Assembly (NCBI GenBank): GCA_028702975.1
Contig: JAQVNT010000002.1
Location: forward strand, 1 to 32,402
Direction: 5' to 3'
DNA: 32,402 nt
Source of the DNA: Candidatus Delongbacteria bacterium
Lineage (GTDB): Bacteria; UBA4055
The notes beneath the pieces were generated by a model. The model was not told the origin of the DNA and searched no databases. It saw nothing but the letters and a program-made list of their open reading frames with translations. How positions within the stretch are numbered: position 1 is the stretch's first letter; every line of letters begins with the position of its first letter. The position numbers and the translations under genes were made by a program. Below are positions 15,164 through 24,570 of the stretch, piece after piece.

Positions 15164-16743
15164 TCACTGAAAAAAATCTACCTTTGTTGTGTCACTTGCA
15201 AAAGTAAATTTCAAGTATCCAGCAAGCCAATCCAGATCAGAACCGTTAATAAATATAGTATTTTTATCAGGATCCTTTGCTTTGTAACCAAGTAATGCAA
15301 CTATGTAATTGCTTAATTCGTAGTGGCTTCTGATACTATCAAAAATTCCCTTATCATTTGGAAAAAGATTGAATTCTAAAAAAGGAACCGTATAAACCAG
15401 CGGATCAAAAAAGCCGTGACCCTGCTTTCCTTTCCGTTCAATAATTCTCCGTGGTCTGAAGTAAACACCATAAATGTAGGTTTATCCGATTTTTTTTTAA
15501 GATAATCGTATATTCCTTTTAGTACGGAATCAGTATATAGTACTGTATTATCGTAAGGCTCATTAAATCTTCCGAATTCTTCAGAGTAACTTCTGTAAGG
15601 AGAATGTGAACCTTTCTGATGGAGTACGATAAAATTATTATCATTTAAATTAATTTTTGAAAGCATCGAGACCAAATCTTCGTCGAGAGATGTATAAGAA
15701 TCAAGGGAAGTTTGAATATCTTCTTTATTATAATAAAAGTCTATGAACTTTTTTCCCAGAATATTGTCAATAACAGATAATTCTTTTTCGGTTTGATTAG
15801 AGATGAACCATGTTATAAAGCCGTTGTTCTTTGCCAGTTTAAAAAGATTATTATCCATATTCAAATCGTTACACGGCTGCTTAATACGGTTTAACAATGT
15901 ATTAAAACTTGTTTTAGTCATAGTTCCGCCGGAATAAATATTTTTTGATAGAACTGATCGTGTAGAACTAAGTGAATCGATAAATGGTGTTGTATTTACT
16001 TCATAACCGTTAATTGAAAGTTTGTCCCATCTTAATGATTCTCCCACTACAAAAATTATATTTCTATCAGGGAGCTTTTCAACTAAGACAGGCTTTTCAG
16101 ATAATATGGTTTCAGGCAAATCATTTCGTGTAATCTTCTTATATAATATTCCACCTATAAAATAGTTCAGACTTCTAACAGAATTGTCGTAAGAATGCTG
16201 ATACTTTGAAGGATAAATAGCCTTCGCTTGCCAGTGGAGGAGGCTTTTTCCGCTGTTAATATATGAAAATGTCACAAAGAAGTTGATTAATATGGCTACT
16301 GTTATCAGTATATAAGAATGTTTAAAACCGATAAGTCTGTCACCGATCTTTTTATTAAAAAAGAAAACTGAAATTATTGAGACTATGAAAAGAAGTATCG
16401 GGAAGATCATTACATCTATCTCGGGGAAAAAAGATTCCATAACTTCGGGTACACTTTCGAAAAAAAGAAGAAAAGCTATCGGCGGCAACAGATTACCAAA
16501 ATACTGAAAATACAGATGTTGGATTAATATAGATACTAAGACAATTAAAGTGAGGATGAATCTTAATCTGAAATTTCTTATAAAGCTTAGAAGCAAAGCT
16601 GTTACAACCGGAAAGAAAAAAGTACCTTTTCCGACAACAATTTCAAACGAATTATTATACATTGAAAACAGCAGGTCCTCTGACACAAAAATTGCTGTAT
16701 AAATTAAAATGAATAATATATTATTTATTACTAACCGATACAT
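15164..16743 (-). pseudogene. Phosphoethanolamine-transferase-like membrane enzyme (sulfatase/alkaline-phosphatase superfamily, EptA/LptA-like) with a 1-nt frameshift
   Basis: Track ORF 15376..16743 has an N-terminal polytopic domain plus VVGESLRWDKLSINGY, SGGTMTKTS and FTSDHGELLNGKES. It then runs into RVTAFLIRWFIRFLF*. Shifting one base at the CCC run (15420-15422, GGG on the coding strand) gives ...SRGHGFFDPLVYTVPFLEFNLFPNDKG...TTKVDFFQ*, ending at 15164. That is the expected family continuation (DHGE...GHG...VPF). Confidence 0.7.
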
Positions 16744-17785
16744 TGAATTCCAAGAGCTTATCTATTATTTTATTTGCCATTCTTTTACCCGCAGTTCCAT
16801 CTAGTGCAAAAAACATGGTTTCATTAGCATTTTTTCGTTCCGACGATTTTTCATCAGGATTATCCAAACATTTTTCGATCGCCCCTTCAATTTCAGAAAA
16901 ATTATCTATCTGAATTGATATCGAACTTAACATAATAATTATTTCAGGTATCGTCCTCAAGCTCTCAGGAACTTTAAATGTGATAAGCGGTTTATCAAAC
17001 GCACAGAATTCTCCGATCAATGAATTATAATCACCGACCATAACATCTGCAATCATTAAATAATCTGTTATATCATGATCTTCAATGAAATATGTTTTAG
17101 GAATATTTCTTAGTTTTTCTACTTTAGATTTCTCTGTCCATGTATGAACCGTAAGGAGTATATTATATTTATCAGTTAACAAATGAACATTGTCTATCCA
17201 TTTATCTAGTTGAGATAACCCGTCAATATTCCATGTTGATGTAAAAAGAACAGTTTTTTTATTTCTGTCTATTTTGCTCTTATCCCTAAGTTTTTCAAGT
17301 AGTTCTGGAGTAATTGTACCGTCAAAAGCTTTATCAAGCTTAGGATATCCAATTGCATAAGTTGTTTTTATTCCCAATTTCTCTGCGTTTTCGACCTGTT
17401 TATTACTGGAAACAAAATAAATATTAAAATTATTATATGTCTTTGGATTTGTCCATTTTTTAAATTGATAAAGACCATGATCGAATCCAAACTTAACAAT
17501 TTTATTTACAGGAAATTTATATGGCGTATGCCGAGCCATGATAACAGCTTTAGGAAATACAGGCATACAAATGTAATCAATGCCAATTTCTTTTAAATAT
17601 TTTTTCGTTTTTCTATTTTTTGCGACAATTTTTATCTCTGGTAGATATTTCTTCACTGGCATGAACATTTCATAATCTAACGGATCAGCACAATAAAAAA
17701 CAATTGGCTCAAGCTTATTAAAGAGTTTTACGATATACCATACTGCTATGTAAGGATATTTATAAATTAAATTAGAAAAATTCAT
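16721..17785 (-). CDS. CDP-glycerol glycerophosphotransferase (TagB/TagF) family protein
   Basis: It has KKTVLFTSTWN, LTVHTW and IADVMVGDYNSLIGEFCAFDKPLITF patterns, analogous to the YAPTWR / KxHP / DYSS motifs. It shares an operon with tagD. Confidence 0.65.
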   Translation of the reverse strand: MNFSNLIYKYPYIAVWYIVKLFNKLEPIVFYCADPLDYEMFMPVKKYLPEIKIVAKNRKTKKYLKEIGIDYICMPVFPKAVIMARHTPYKFPVNKIVKFGFDHGLYQFKKWTNPKTYNNFNIYFVSSNKQVENAEKLGIKTTYAIGYPKLDKAFDGTITPELLEKLRDKSKIDRNKKTVLFTSTWNIDGLSQLDKWIDNVHLLTDKYNILLTVHTWTEKSKVEKLRNIPKTYFIEDHDITDYLMIADVMVGDYNSLIGEFCAFDKPLITFKVPESLRTIPEIIIMLSSISIQIDNFSEIEGAIEKCLDNPDEKSSERKNANETMFFALDGTAGKRMANKIIDKLLEFNVSVSNK

Positions 17786-18801
17786 TTGTAAGTTCCGTTC
17801 AGGTTTTTTAGAATTATAGTTAAAACATAATCAGGAGTAATATTCCTCATACAGTTGTGATGACCCAGCGGACACTTTTTGCCGCCGTGGCTTCCGCAAG
17901 GTCTGCAGTCAAGATCAATTTCAATTACAATATCATTTTCTCGAAAAGGCGAATAGCCGATATTTTTTACAGTAGGACCGAAAAAAGATAAAACATCGGT
18001 CTTTACAGCATTAGCTATGTGAAGAACTCCGCTGTCATTGGTAATTGCCAGATCACATTTTGAGATTACTGCAGCTGATTCAAGAACCGAAAGAGTTCCG
18101 GCCAAATTAATACAATTTATTTCAGATTTAACTTCTTCACACAAGGTTCTTTCATTTTTGCTGCCGATCAAAACTACTTTGAAATTCATGGAAGTAAGAA
18201 AGTTGATAAGGGTCTTATAATATTTCTGAGGCCATCTTTTAGTAAACCATACAGATCCAGGAGAAATAGCGATAGTCTTGGAATTTTGTAATTTTAATTC
18301 ACTGAGCAGTCCATCAGCTTTCAAAAACATATCCGATGACGGAAATAATTCGGTCTGTATATTAAATTTCTCGTCAGAAAAAATAGACAAAAGTTGAAGA
18401 TTCTTTGAAATTTTCAGAATATTATTCTCATGAGGTACTTTATCAGTAAGAAACAATCGGGCAAGTCTGCGGTCGAATCCGATCCTTCTCGGTATTTTCG
18501 CAAATAGCATGAGCATTGCATTAGTAATTGAACTGTGTGGCGAGACCGCCATATCGTAATTTTCTTTCTTCAATTCTCTTAAAGCTTTAAAAAAAGAACA
18601 AATCTTATTTTTTCTTTTATCTAACGATATAATTTTACGGATATTCGGATTGTTTTCGAGTACACCGGATGTTTGCGGGATAACTAAAACATCAATGTGT
18701 GAACCGGGATAAATGTTTTTTAATGATCTTAACAAAGGAGTTATCAGAATAACATCTCCAAGAAAAGCAGTTTGTATTACAAGTATCTTTTTATAATTCA
18801 C
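17782..18801 (-). CDS. Glycosyltransferase family 9 (LPS heptosyltransferase, WaaF/WaaC-like)
   Basis: It has KKILVIQTAFLGDVILITPLLRSLKNIYPGSHIDVL at the N-terminus, NDSGVLHIA, and a C-terminal CRPCGSHGGKKCPLGHHNCMRNITP cysteine/histidine cluster, all typical of heptosyltransferases. Confidence 0.8.
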   Translation of the reverse strand: MNYKKILVIQTAFLGDVILITPLLRSLKNIYPGSHIDVLVIPQTSGVLENNPNIRKIISLDKRKNKICSFFKALRELKKENYDMAVSPHSSITNAMLMLFAKIPRRIGFDRRLARLFLTDKVPHENNILKISKNLQLLSIFSDEKFNIQTELFPSSDMFLKADGLLSELKLQNSKTIAISPGSVWFTKRWPQKYYKTLINFLTSMNFKVVLIGSKNERTLCEEVKSEINCINLAGTLSVLESAAVISKCDLAITNDSGVLHIANAVKTDVLSFFGPTVKNIGYSPFRENDIVIEIDLDCRPCGSHGGKKCPLGHHNCMRNITPDYVLTIILKNLNGTYK

Positions 18802-19901
18802 TAGTTTAATCCCAGTAATTTTTCATATAATTTAATATTCTTTTCTACATATTTATCAATATCAAACTCTTTCACATATTCAAAAGAATTGATCCCTATA
18901 AGTTTTCTCTTATTTTCATCATTTATCAGACTAATAATTGCTTCAGCCAGTTTTTCGTGATTTTCTTTTTCTACAAGTAAACCGTTCTCATTATGTTTGA
19001 TAATCTCAGGAATTCCCCCTGTGTTCGTTCCTACAACAGGTAGCCCCACAGACATAGCATCCAGTATTGACGAGCCAAGACCTTCTAGTTTCGAAGCTAA
19101 AACAAAAATATCACATATTTTCAAGAATTGACCTACATCTTTTCTAAAACCGGCAAAAATAAATTTATTGCCCAATTTTAACTTACTTGCTAACTCTTTG
19201 ATTTCTTCTTCTTTCTGACCATTACCATAAGCACAAAAAATAACATTATTAATTTTATCAGTGACAATTTTTGCTGCATTTAATAAATTAGGGTAATCTT
19301 TATGTCCTGTTAAAGCTGCTACAGTGCCAATTAAGAATACATTGCCTTCAATACCTAATGTTTCTTTTAATTTAGGGTCTATTTTTAATTTTCTGAATTT
19401 GTTAATATCGACACCATCATAAATTGTAATAATTTTATTTTCATCTACACCGTCTTCTAACAACACTCTCTTAACTCCATCAGAGACAGTTACAATTTTA
19501 TCCAGAAATCTATTTTTATACTTAAAATTGCTAAAGAAATTATTCTTCAAATGAAAATCAACTCTACGGACACCAATTATTCTAATTTTATGAAAAAAAA
19601 ATTTAACTAACAAACCAATTGTCAAAGCATGTGCTGAATGAAGATGAAGAATATTGATTTTGTGCTTTCTACAATAAACTGAAATGTTAAATGCTGAAAT
19701 AATATCAAGCTCTCCTAACATTTTAAAAGTTTTATAAGGTAATGCATTGCTTTTTAAATATTTTTCAAAAGAAGAATCAGGTTTACAAAAAAGAATTGAT
19801 TTATACCCTTTTTTCAGCAAACCTTCATGTAGATAAGCGGCCTGCTGCTGACCTCCTCTCCATTCAATTCCGGTATCAATATGTCCGATAATTAATTCCA
19901 T
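18801..19901 (-). CDS. Glycosyltransferase family 4 (GT-B, Glycos_transf_1)
   Basis: It has LEGLGSSILDAMSVGLPVVGTNTGGIPEII...NGLLV, a typical EX7E-region pattern. Confidence 0.75.
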   Translation of the reverse strand: MELIIGHIDTGIEWRGGQQQAAYLHEGLLKKGYKSILFCKPDSSFEKYLKSNALPYKTFKMLGELDIISAFNISVYCRKHKINILHLHSAHALTIGLLVKFFFHKIRIIGVRRVDFHLKNNFFSNFKYKNRFLDKIVTVSDGVKRVLLEDGVDENKIITIYDGVDINKFRKLKIDPKLKETLGIEGNVFLIGTVAALTGHKDYPNLLNAAKIVTDKINNVIFCAYGNGQKEEEIKELASKLKLGNKFIFAGFRKDVGQFLKICDIFVLASKLEGLGSSILDAMSVGLPVVGTNTGGIPEIIKHNENGLLVEKENHEKLAEAIISLINDENKRKLIGINSFEYVKEFDIDKYVEKNIKLYEKLLGLN

Positions 19902-19912
19902 AATCCATTTTA

Positions 19913-21763
19913 CTAATAATTAATAATATTTTCAGTTAGAAACTGTAAAAAAGCTAATCCTTTTATTTTTAGCGAATCGCATTCACTAGAAACTCCTCTA
20001 TAAGATGCTTCTTTAGTATCTAAATTGTAAGTAACAGAATTTATACCATCAATAATTCCAAATCCATGATCAAAGCTATAATAAGCAAAGTTGTTATAAT
20101 ATTTATTAAAGAGGTTTTTACTGAAAATAAAGTCATTATTATCGTCAATCTTAAGCTGTTTTAATAATGTTTTAGGAAAATCGAATTGAGAAGCAGTCTG
20201 ATCATAACTTACACCAGTATATTCATTTTTTAGAACACTACCGAATAGTATTAAAGGGATCTTATGCCTAAGAGGCTCATTAAAATTTCTCTTATTAGGA
20301 TATTTCTCTGCATGATCAGCAGATACAATAAATAGTGTATTATTATACCAACTTTTTTTACTTGCACAATCAATAAACTTTCTGAGTGCTTTGTCTGTGC
20401 AGTGAATTGTATTCTTATATCGGGAAACTATATCATCCTGTTTAAAAATCTTTTCAACATTTGCATTAAAAGGTGTATGACTAACAGATGTCAATGATAC
20501 AGAAAAGAAAGGTTCCTTTTTTTCATCAAGTATATTTAACAGACTTTCATATAGTAGATCATCGGTTTTTTCAAAGTTGTTAAAGTCAATAGACATTTTT
20601 TTAAATCTCTCCCTGTCATAAATATCATCAAAGCCGCCTAATTTTAAATATTCGTCAGTTCTAGAATAATCAAGGTTACCGCGATATGTGAATAAAGTAC
20701 AATAGCCGTAATTCTTTAATATATTTCCAATATTTGGTAAATAAATTATTTTGTTAGATTCCCTTAAAATTGATGATTTAGGTTGTGAAGGAAAACCGCT
20801 TAGTAATGAAACTAAACCTTGTTCAGTTCTGTAGCCGGTTGCATAAAAATCAGAAAATACCAGACTATTTATAGCTAAGCTGTCCAAATATGGAGTTACA
20901 GATTCTTTATTTCCGAAATATTGTAAATTCTCAGCACTCATACTTTCGATGAGTATAATAATTATATTAGGTCTTGACAAATTCAAAATGTATTCGGTTG
21001 TATCTTTAGAAGTACTTGAAAATGTCTTAAAAATATTTTCGGCATCGGTTTTATTAAAGAATGTATAAGGGTTTGTGAAATCATTATCTTTGAAAATTGA
21101 GATAAAATTCCATACCGGATTTAAAGTTGTGAGGTTAAGAATTCTACTATTAGAAAAGTAAATTGAACTCTTTCCGATAGGATTATTTCCAACTCCGCCT
21201 CTAAGCCCAATGACTATAAGCGGAATTAATAGAAGATTCACTACCATACCATATTTTTTACTTTCTTTAAAAAGGTCTTTTTGATTTCTAAAGAGATATT
21301 TATAAAAATATGCAAATATTCCTGAACATAAAATGAAGTAAATAATAAGTGGTATTAAATTAACTGCCGTAGAGTACTCAATTGCTACTCCGGGTGCAGC
21401 CAGGTACGACAAAGCTCTTGCATTAATTCTTGATTCCCAAGTTTGAGTAAGCGCAGCATCAAAAATATTCAGGACAGAGGATAGAATTATGAAAAACATA
21501 CTAATAATGAGAACTGAATTAAAATACAGATTCCACTTATTAAAATAATTAAAAAATAGGAACAATAATACCAATAGAGCAAATATATAGGAAATTACAG
21601 AGAAATCCATTCTCAGTGCAACTAAAAAACTCTTTAAAATAAGTTGGTATTTTTCATCTTCGATATTGTCAAAATTATTTAGCAAAAAGAATATTCTGTG
21701 ACTTAAAAACAATGTTATCCAGAAAATAATGTGTTTAATATAAAATACAAGGGTGCTTTTCAT
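19913..21763 (-). CDS. LTA-synthase/OpgB-like phosphoglycerol transferase family protein (membrane-anchored sulfatase fold)
   Basis: It has about five N-terminal TM helices followed by an extracytoplasmic domain with IIIILIESMSAENL, FYATGYRTEQGLVSLLSG (nucleophile Thr region) and FIVSADHAE. Confidence 0.65.
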   Translation of the reverse strand: MKSTLVFYIKHIIFWITLFLSHRIFFLLNNFDNIEDEKYQLILKSFLVALRMDFSVISYIFALLVLLFLFFNYFNKWNLYFNSVLIISMFFIILSSVLNIFDAALTQTWESRINARALSYLAAPGVAIEYSTAVNLIPLIIYFILCSGIFAYFYKYLFRNQKDLFKESKKYGMVVNLLLIPLIVIGLRGGVGNNPIGKSSIYFSNSRILNLTTLNPVWNFISIFKDNDFTNPYTFFNKTDAENIFKTFSSTSKDTTEYILNLSRPNIIIILIESMSAENLQYFGNKESVTPYLDSLAINSLVFSDFYATGYRTEQGLVSLLSGFPSQPKSSILRESNKIIYLPNIGNILKNYGYCTLFTYRGNLDYSRTDEYLKLGGFDDIYDRERFKKMSIDFNNFEKTDDLLYESLLNILDEKKEPFFSVSLTSVSHTPFNANVEKIFKQDDIVSRYKNTIHCTDKALRKFIDCASKKSWYNNTLFIVSADHAEKYPNKRNFNEPLRHKIPLILFGSVLKNEYTGVSYDQTASQFDFPKTLLKQLKIDDNNDFIFSKNLFNKYYNNFAYYSFDHGFGIIDGINSVTYNLDTKEASYRGVSSECDSLKIKGLAFLQFLTENIINY

Positions 21764-22533
21764 TTTATAGTGCGCCTTTTTTCCCAGAGTTTAGAGTATT
21801 TAAGAAATATGTAATACGAAGAATTGATTGATAATATAAAACCTTCAATACCATCCATAAAACCTAACTTAAGTATATACATTTTGAAGAACCCCCAGAA
21901 AGCCCTGAAAAGTCCTCCGATTAAAGTGTAACTCTTTGAATTGAGAAACATATTTTCTGCACTCAAAGTAGTATATTGATTGATTTTGTTAACATGGTGG
22001 GTAATATTCTGATAAGTATAATGAAACATTACTTCCTCGATAACTCCAATATTACCGTTTTCGATCTTAACGGACTCATGAACAAGCTTTTCGTTGAATC
22101 TCCCTTTATTTTTATCGAAGAGCCTGAGAGTATAATCTTTATCCCACCCGCAATGTTTGATCATTTTTCCAAGATAGAACGAACTTCTTTTAATTTTATA
22201 TCCTGAAACTTCAGGATTATTCAATATCGTTTCAATTTTAAATTTTAAAGGTTCAGTTATAACTTCATCCGCATCAAGAACTAAAACCCAATCATTTCTG
22301 CAATTATCAACAGCTAATTGTTTAGTTTTTGCGAATCCGAGCCAATCAGTCAAAATGATTTTGCAATTGTGTTCTGTGCATATATCAATAGTTTTATCGG
22401 TAGAACCGGAATCAACAACAATAATTTCATCTGCCCACGAAACAGAATTTAAACATCTGCCTATGTTCAGTTCCTCATTTTTGGTTATTATTGCTATAGA
22501 AAGCTTATTATTCATGTTCTTTAATCCATTCAA
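21760..22533 (-). CDS. Glycosyltransferase family 2 (WaaE/KdtX-like LPS core glycosyltransferase)
   Basis: It has LSIAIITKNEELNIGRCLNSVSWADEIIVVDSGSTDKTIDI and LDADE (DXD). Confidence 0.75.
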   Translation of the reverse strand: MNGLKNMNNKLSIAIITKNEELNIGRCLNSVSWADEIIVVDSGSTDKTIDICTEHNCKIILTDWLGFAKTKQLAVDNCRNDWVLVLDADEVITEPLKFKIETILNNPEVSGYKIKRSSFYLGKMIKHCGWDKDYTLRLFDKNKGRFNEKLVHESVKIENGNIGVIEEVMFHYTYQNITHHVNKINQYTTLSAENMFLNSKSYTLIGGLFRAFWGFFKMYILKLGFMDGIEGFILSINSSYYIFLKYSKLWEKRRTIK

Positions 22534-23647
22534 TTATTTTATTTCCTCTGCTTTCCCAAAGCAAATCTGAAGTTTTTTCAAAAATGTAACTACTCATTTC
22601 AGTGATTTTATTCTCATCAATAAGAAGTGAATCAATTTTCTTTGCAAGATCTTTTGGATTTCCCGGTTCAAAAAATAATCCGGTCTTATTTTCGGATATA
22701 AGCTCACGACCTGTTGGTAAATCGGAACAAATTACAGGAATTCCGTAGCTATAGAAATCGAATAATTTCAAAGGAGATGTAAGAAACCTGTTAAAGAAAG
22801 TATCTCTCATAGGAACAATGCCTAATATAGTTTCCTTTAATAATTCATCAAGTTTCTTTTTGTTTATCCACCCAGAAATGATGATTTCAGCTTCAGGAAC
22901 AGTATTATTTATAAATGTTTCTATTTTCTCAATTTCTTCCTTATCTTTTCCACCGATTATTAGAAGCTTAGGTTTTGTTGTTGTGTATTTCAAAGATTCA
23001 ATCAATGTCTCTACTCCTTTAAGAGTATCGAGAGATCCGATGTAAGAAATATATTGTTTATTGGAGCTGGTTTTATGGTAATTCAATATGCCTGTTCTGA
23101 ATACTTTGGATTGCAGTTCCGTAAATATATTGAGATATAATTTACTCTGTGCTTCTTGAAGGCAGATCAATCCTGTCAATTGAGGGATGAATTTATTTTC
23201 GATCTTAGACTGTTTAACTTTTTTATTAATGTTAATATCATTACGCAAGGAAAGGTCTGCGAAAAAATCATGTGACTCGAAATAGACTTTTACATTGAAT
23301 CTGTTCTTGAGTTTTATAAGATACGGGAGGAAAGTTACACTTCGTGTTATAACAGCATCAAGAGACCCACTTTTAATCAAAAGACTCAATTCTTTATAAA
23401 TTTTTCTGTAGTAGAAAAAATTCGAATTTAAAAGAGGTCTGGTTATTTGATGAATAATTAAATTATCTGGTTTTTTTATATTAAAATATTCATGGAACAG
23501 TTCATCAGAAAATTTTTTGGAATTTCGTTTAATGAAGAAATGGCATTTCTCAGAATTTTTTGACAGTCCAATGCAGTTGTAAGTTGCAAATGTAGTACTA
23601 GGTGAATTAGAAGGCCAGTCACCTGTATGAACATAAGCTATATTCAA
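22508..23647 (-). CDS. Glycosyltransferase family 4-like (GT-B)
   Basis: The C-terminal half has LLIIGG...ISGWI...SPLKLFDFYSYGIPVICSDLPTGRELI...TGLFFEPGN, a typical GT4 donor-binding region. Confidence 0.65.
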   Translation of the reverse strand: MNIAYVHTGDWPSNSPSTTFATYNCIGLSKNSEKCHFFIKRNSKKFSDELFHEYFNIKKPDNLIIHQITRPLLNSNFFYYRKIYKELSLLIKSGSLDAVITRSVTFLPYLIKLKNRFNVKVYFESHDFFADLSLRNDININKKVKQSKIENKFIPQLTGLICLQEAQSKLYLNIFTELQSKVFRTGILNYHKTSSNKQYISYIGSLDTLKGVETLIESLKYTTTKPKLLIIGGKDKEEIEKIETFINNTVPEAEIIISGWINKKKLDELLKETILGIVPMRDTFFNRFLTSPLKLFDFYSYGIPVICSDLPTGRELISENKTGLFFEPGNPKDLAKKIDSLLIDENKITEMSSYIFEKTSDLLWESRGNKIIEWIKEHE

Positions 23648-24570
23648 ATTAAACCCATTTTTATATAAAGTTCAGTAAATCCTGCAACAATTTTTGGGAA
23701 ATCAAAATGTTCAAGAACAAACACTTCACCTTTCATATTATAATCATTTTTTTCGATCAACTTCTCTAAATTCGATTTCAAATCATTATAAGAATCAATT
23801 TTATTTACATTTTCCATATTAAAAGTCCAAATGCACCATCTGCCGATATTTAATGCTTCGATCAGCGATAGAGGGGCACCGCCGTCATGTATTGGAATTC
23901 TAATGAAGATCTTATGTTTTTGCATCTCGGTTAAAACTTGATCTTTTTGAATATATGGGATGACCGAAACATTTTTAGGAACATATTCATCTGCTTCTTT
24001 TGTGTAAGGAAACCATGTAAACTTTATATCAGGATGATCTTCGGAAAGCTTGAGCAAAAAATCATGCCTAAAAAAAGTTTTTCTGGTTGAAGGAATATAG
24101 GCAATTACTTTTCTGTCATCGGGAAAAGTAAATTCTTTTTTTACAACTTCATGATTTATTATATAAACGATATCGTTATTGATACCTATTTCTGACAATT
24201 CTTCACTCAGAACATATCCGACAACAACTATCTTTGATATTATCGCACACATCCGAAGCTCAAGAGTTTTGCGTTTAGATTTAAGAATGTTATGAAGATC
24301 TGTACCCATGAAATGATTGATTATCTTTACACCAGAGAAAATACGGTAAAACAAGAAGTCGAATATTTTTACATTACCCCAGAAAAAATGCACGCAATCG
24401 TAATTGTTGAGTAGTATAATTCTTCTAAGAATGTTTTTGCCTTTCCATATTTTGTCTTTAAAAGACACTACCCTGGCATCAACAGAACTTATATCTTTCA
24501 CAATATTGCTTATTGACTCAGTAAATCCGGGATGAGCAACTATCAGTATTTTCATGCAGTTATTTTTCAT
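23644..24570 (-). CDS. Hypothetical protein, degenerate GT-B glycosyltransferase-like
   Basis: A 308-aa ORF coupled to its neighbours by 4-nt overlaps. It has a Rossmann-like start (MKILIVAHPG) and DGGAPLSLIEALNIGRW, which resembles the GT4 E-motif region. This is a weak call. Confidence 0.4.
   Translation of the reverse strand: MKNNCMKILIVAHPGFTESISNIVKDISSVDARVVSFKDKIWKGKNILRRIILLNNYDCVHFFWGNVKIFDFLFYRIFSGVKIINHFMGTDLHNILKSKRKTLELRMCAIISKIVVVGYVLSEELSEIGINNDIVYIINHEVVKKEFTFPDDRKVIAYIPSTRKTFFRHDFLLKLSEDHPDIKFTWFPYTKEADEYVPKNVSVIPYIQKDQVLTEMQKHKIFIRIPIHDGGAPLSLIEALNIGRWCIWTFNMENVNKIDSYNDLKSNLEKLIEKNDYNMKGEVFVLEHFDFPKIVAGFTELYIKMGLI

Noticed and set aside
15420-15422. Frameshift as phase variation or programmed ribosomal slippage
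   Set aside because: The run is only 3 nt (4 if restored), far shorter than typical contingency tracts. There is no slippery heptamer and no downstream structure.
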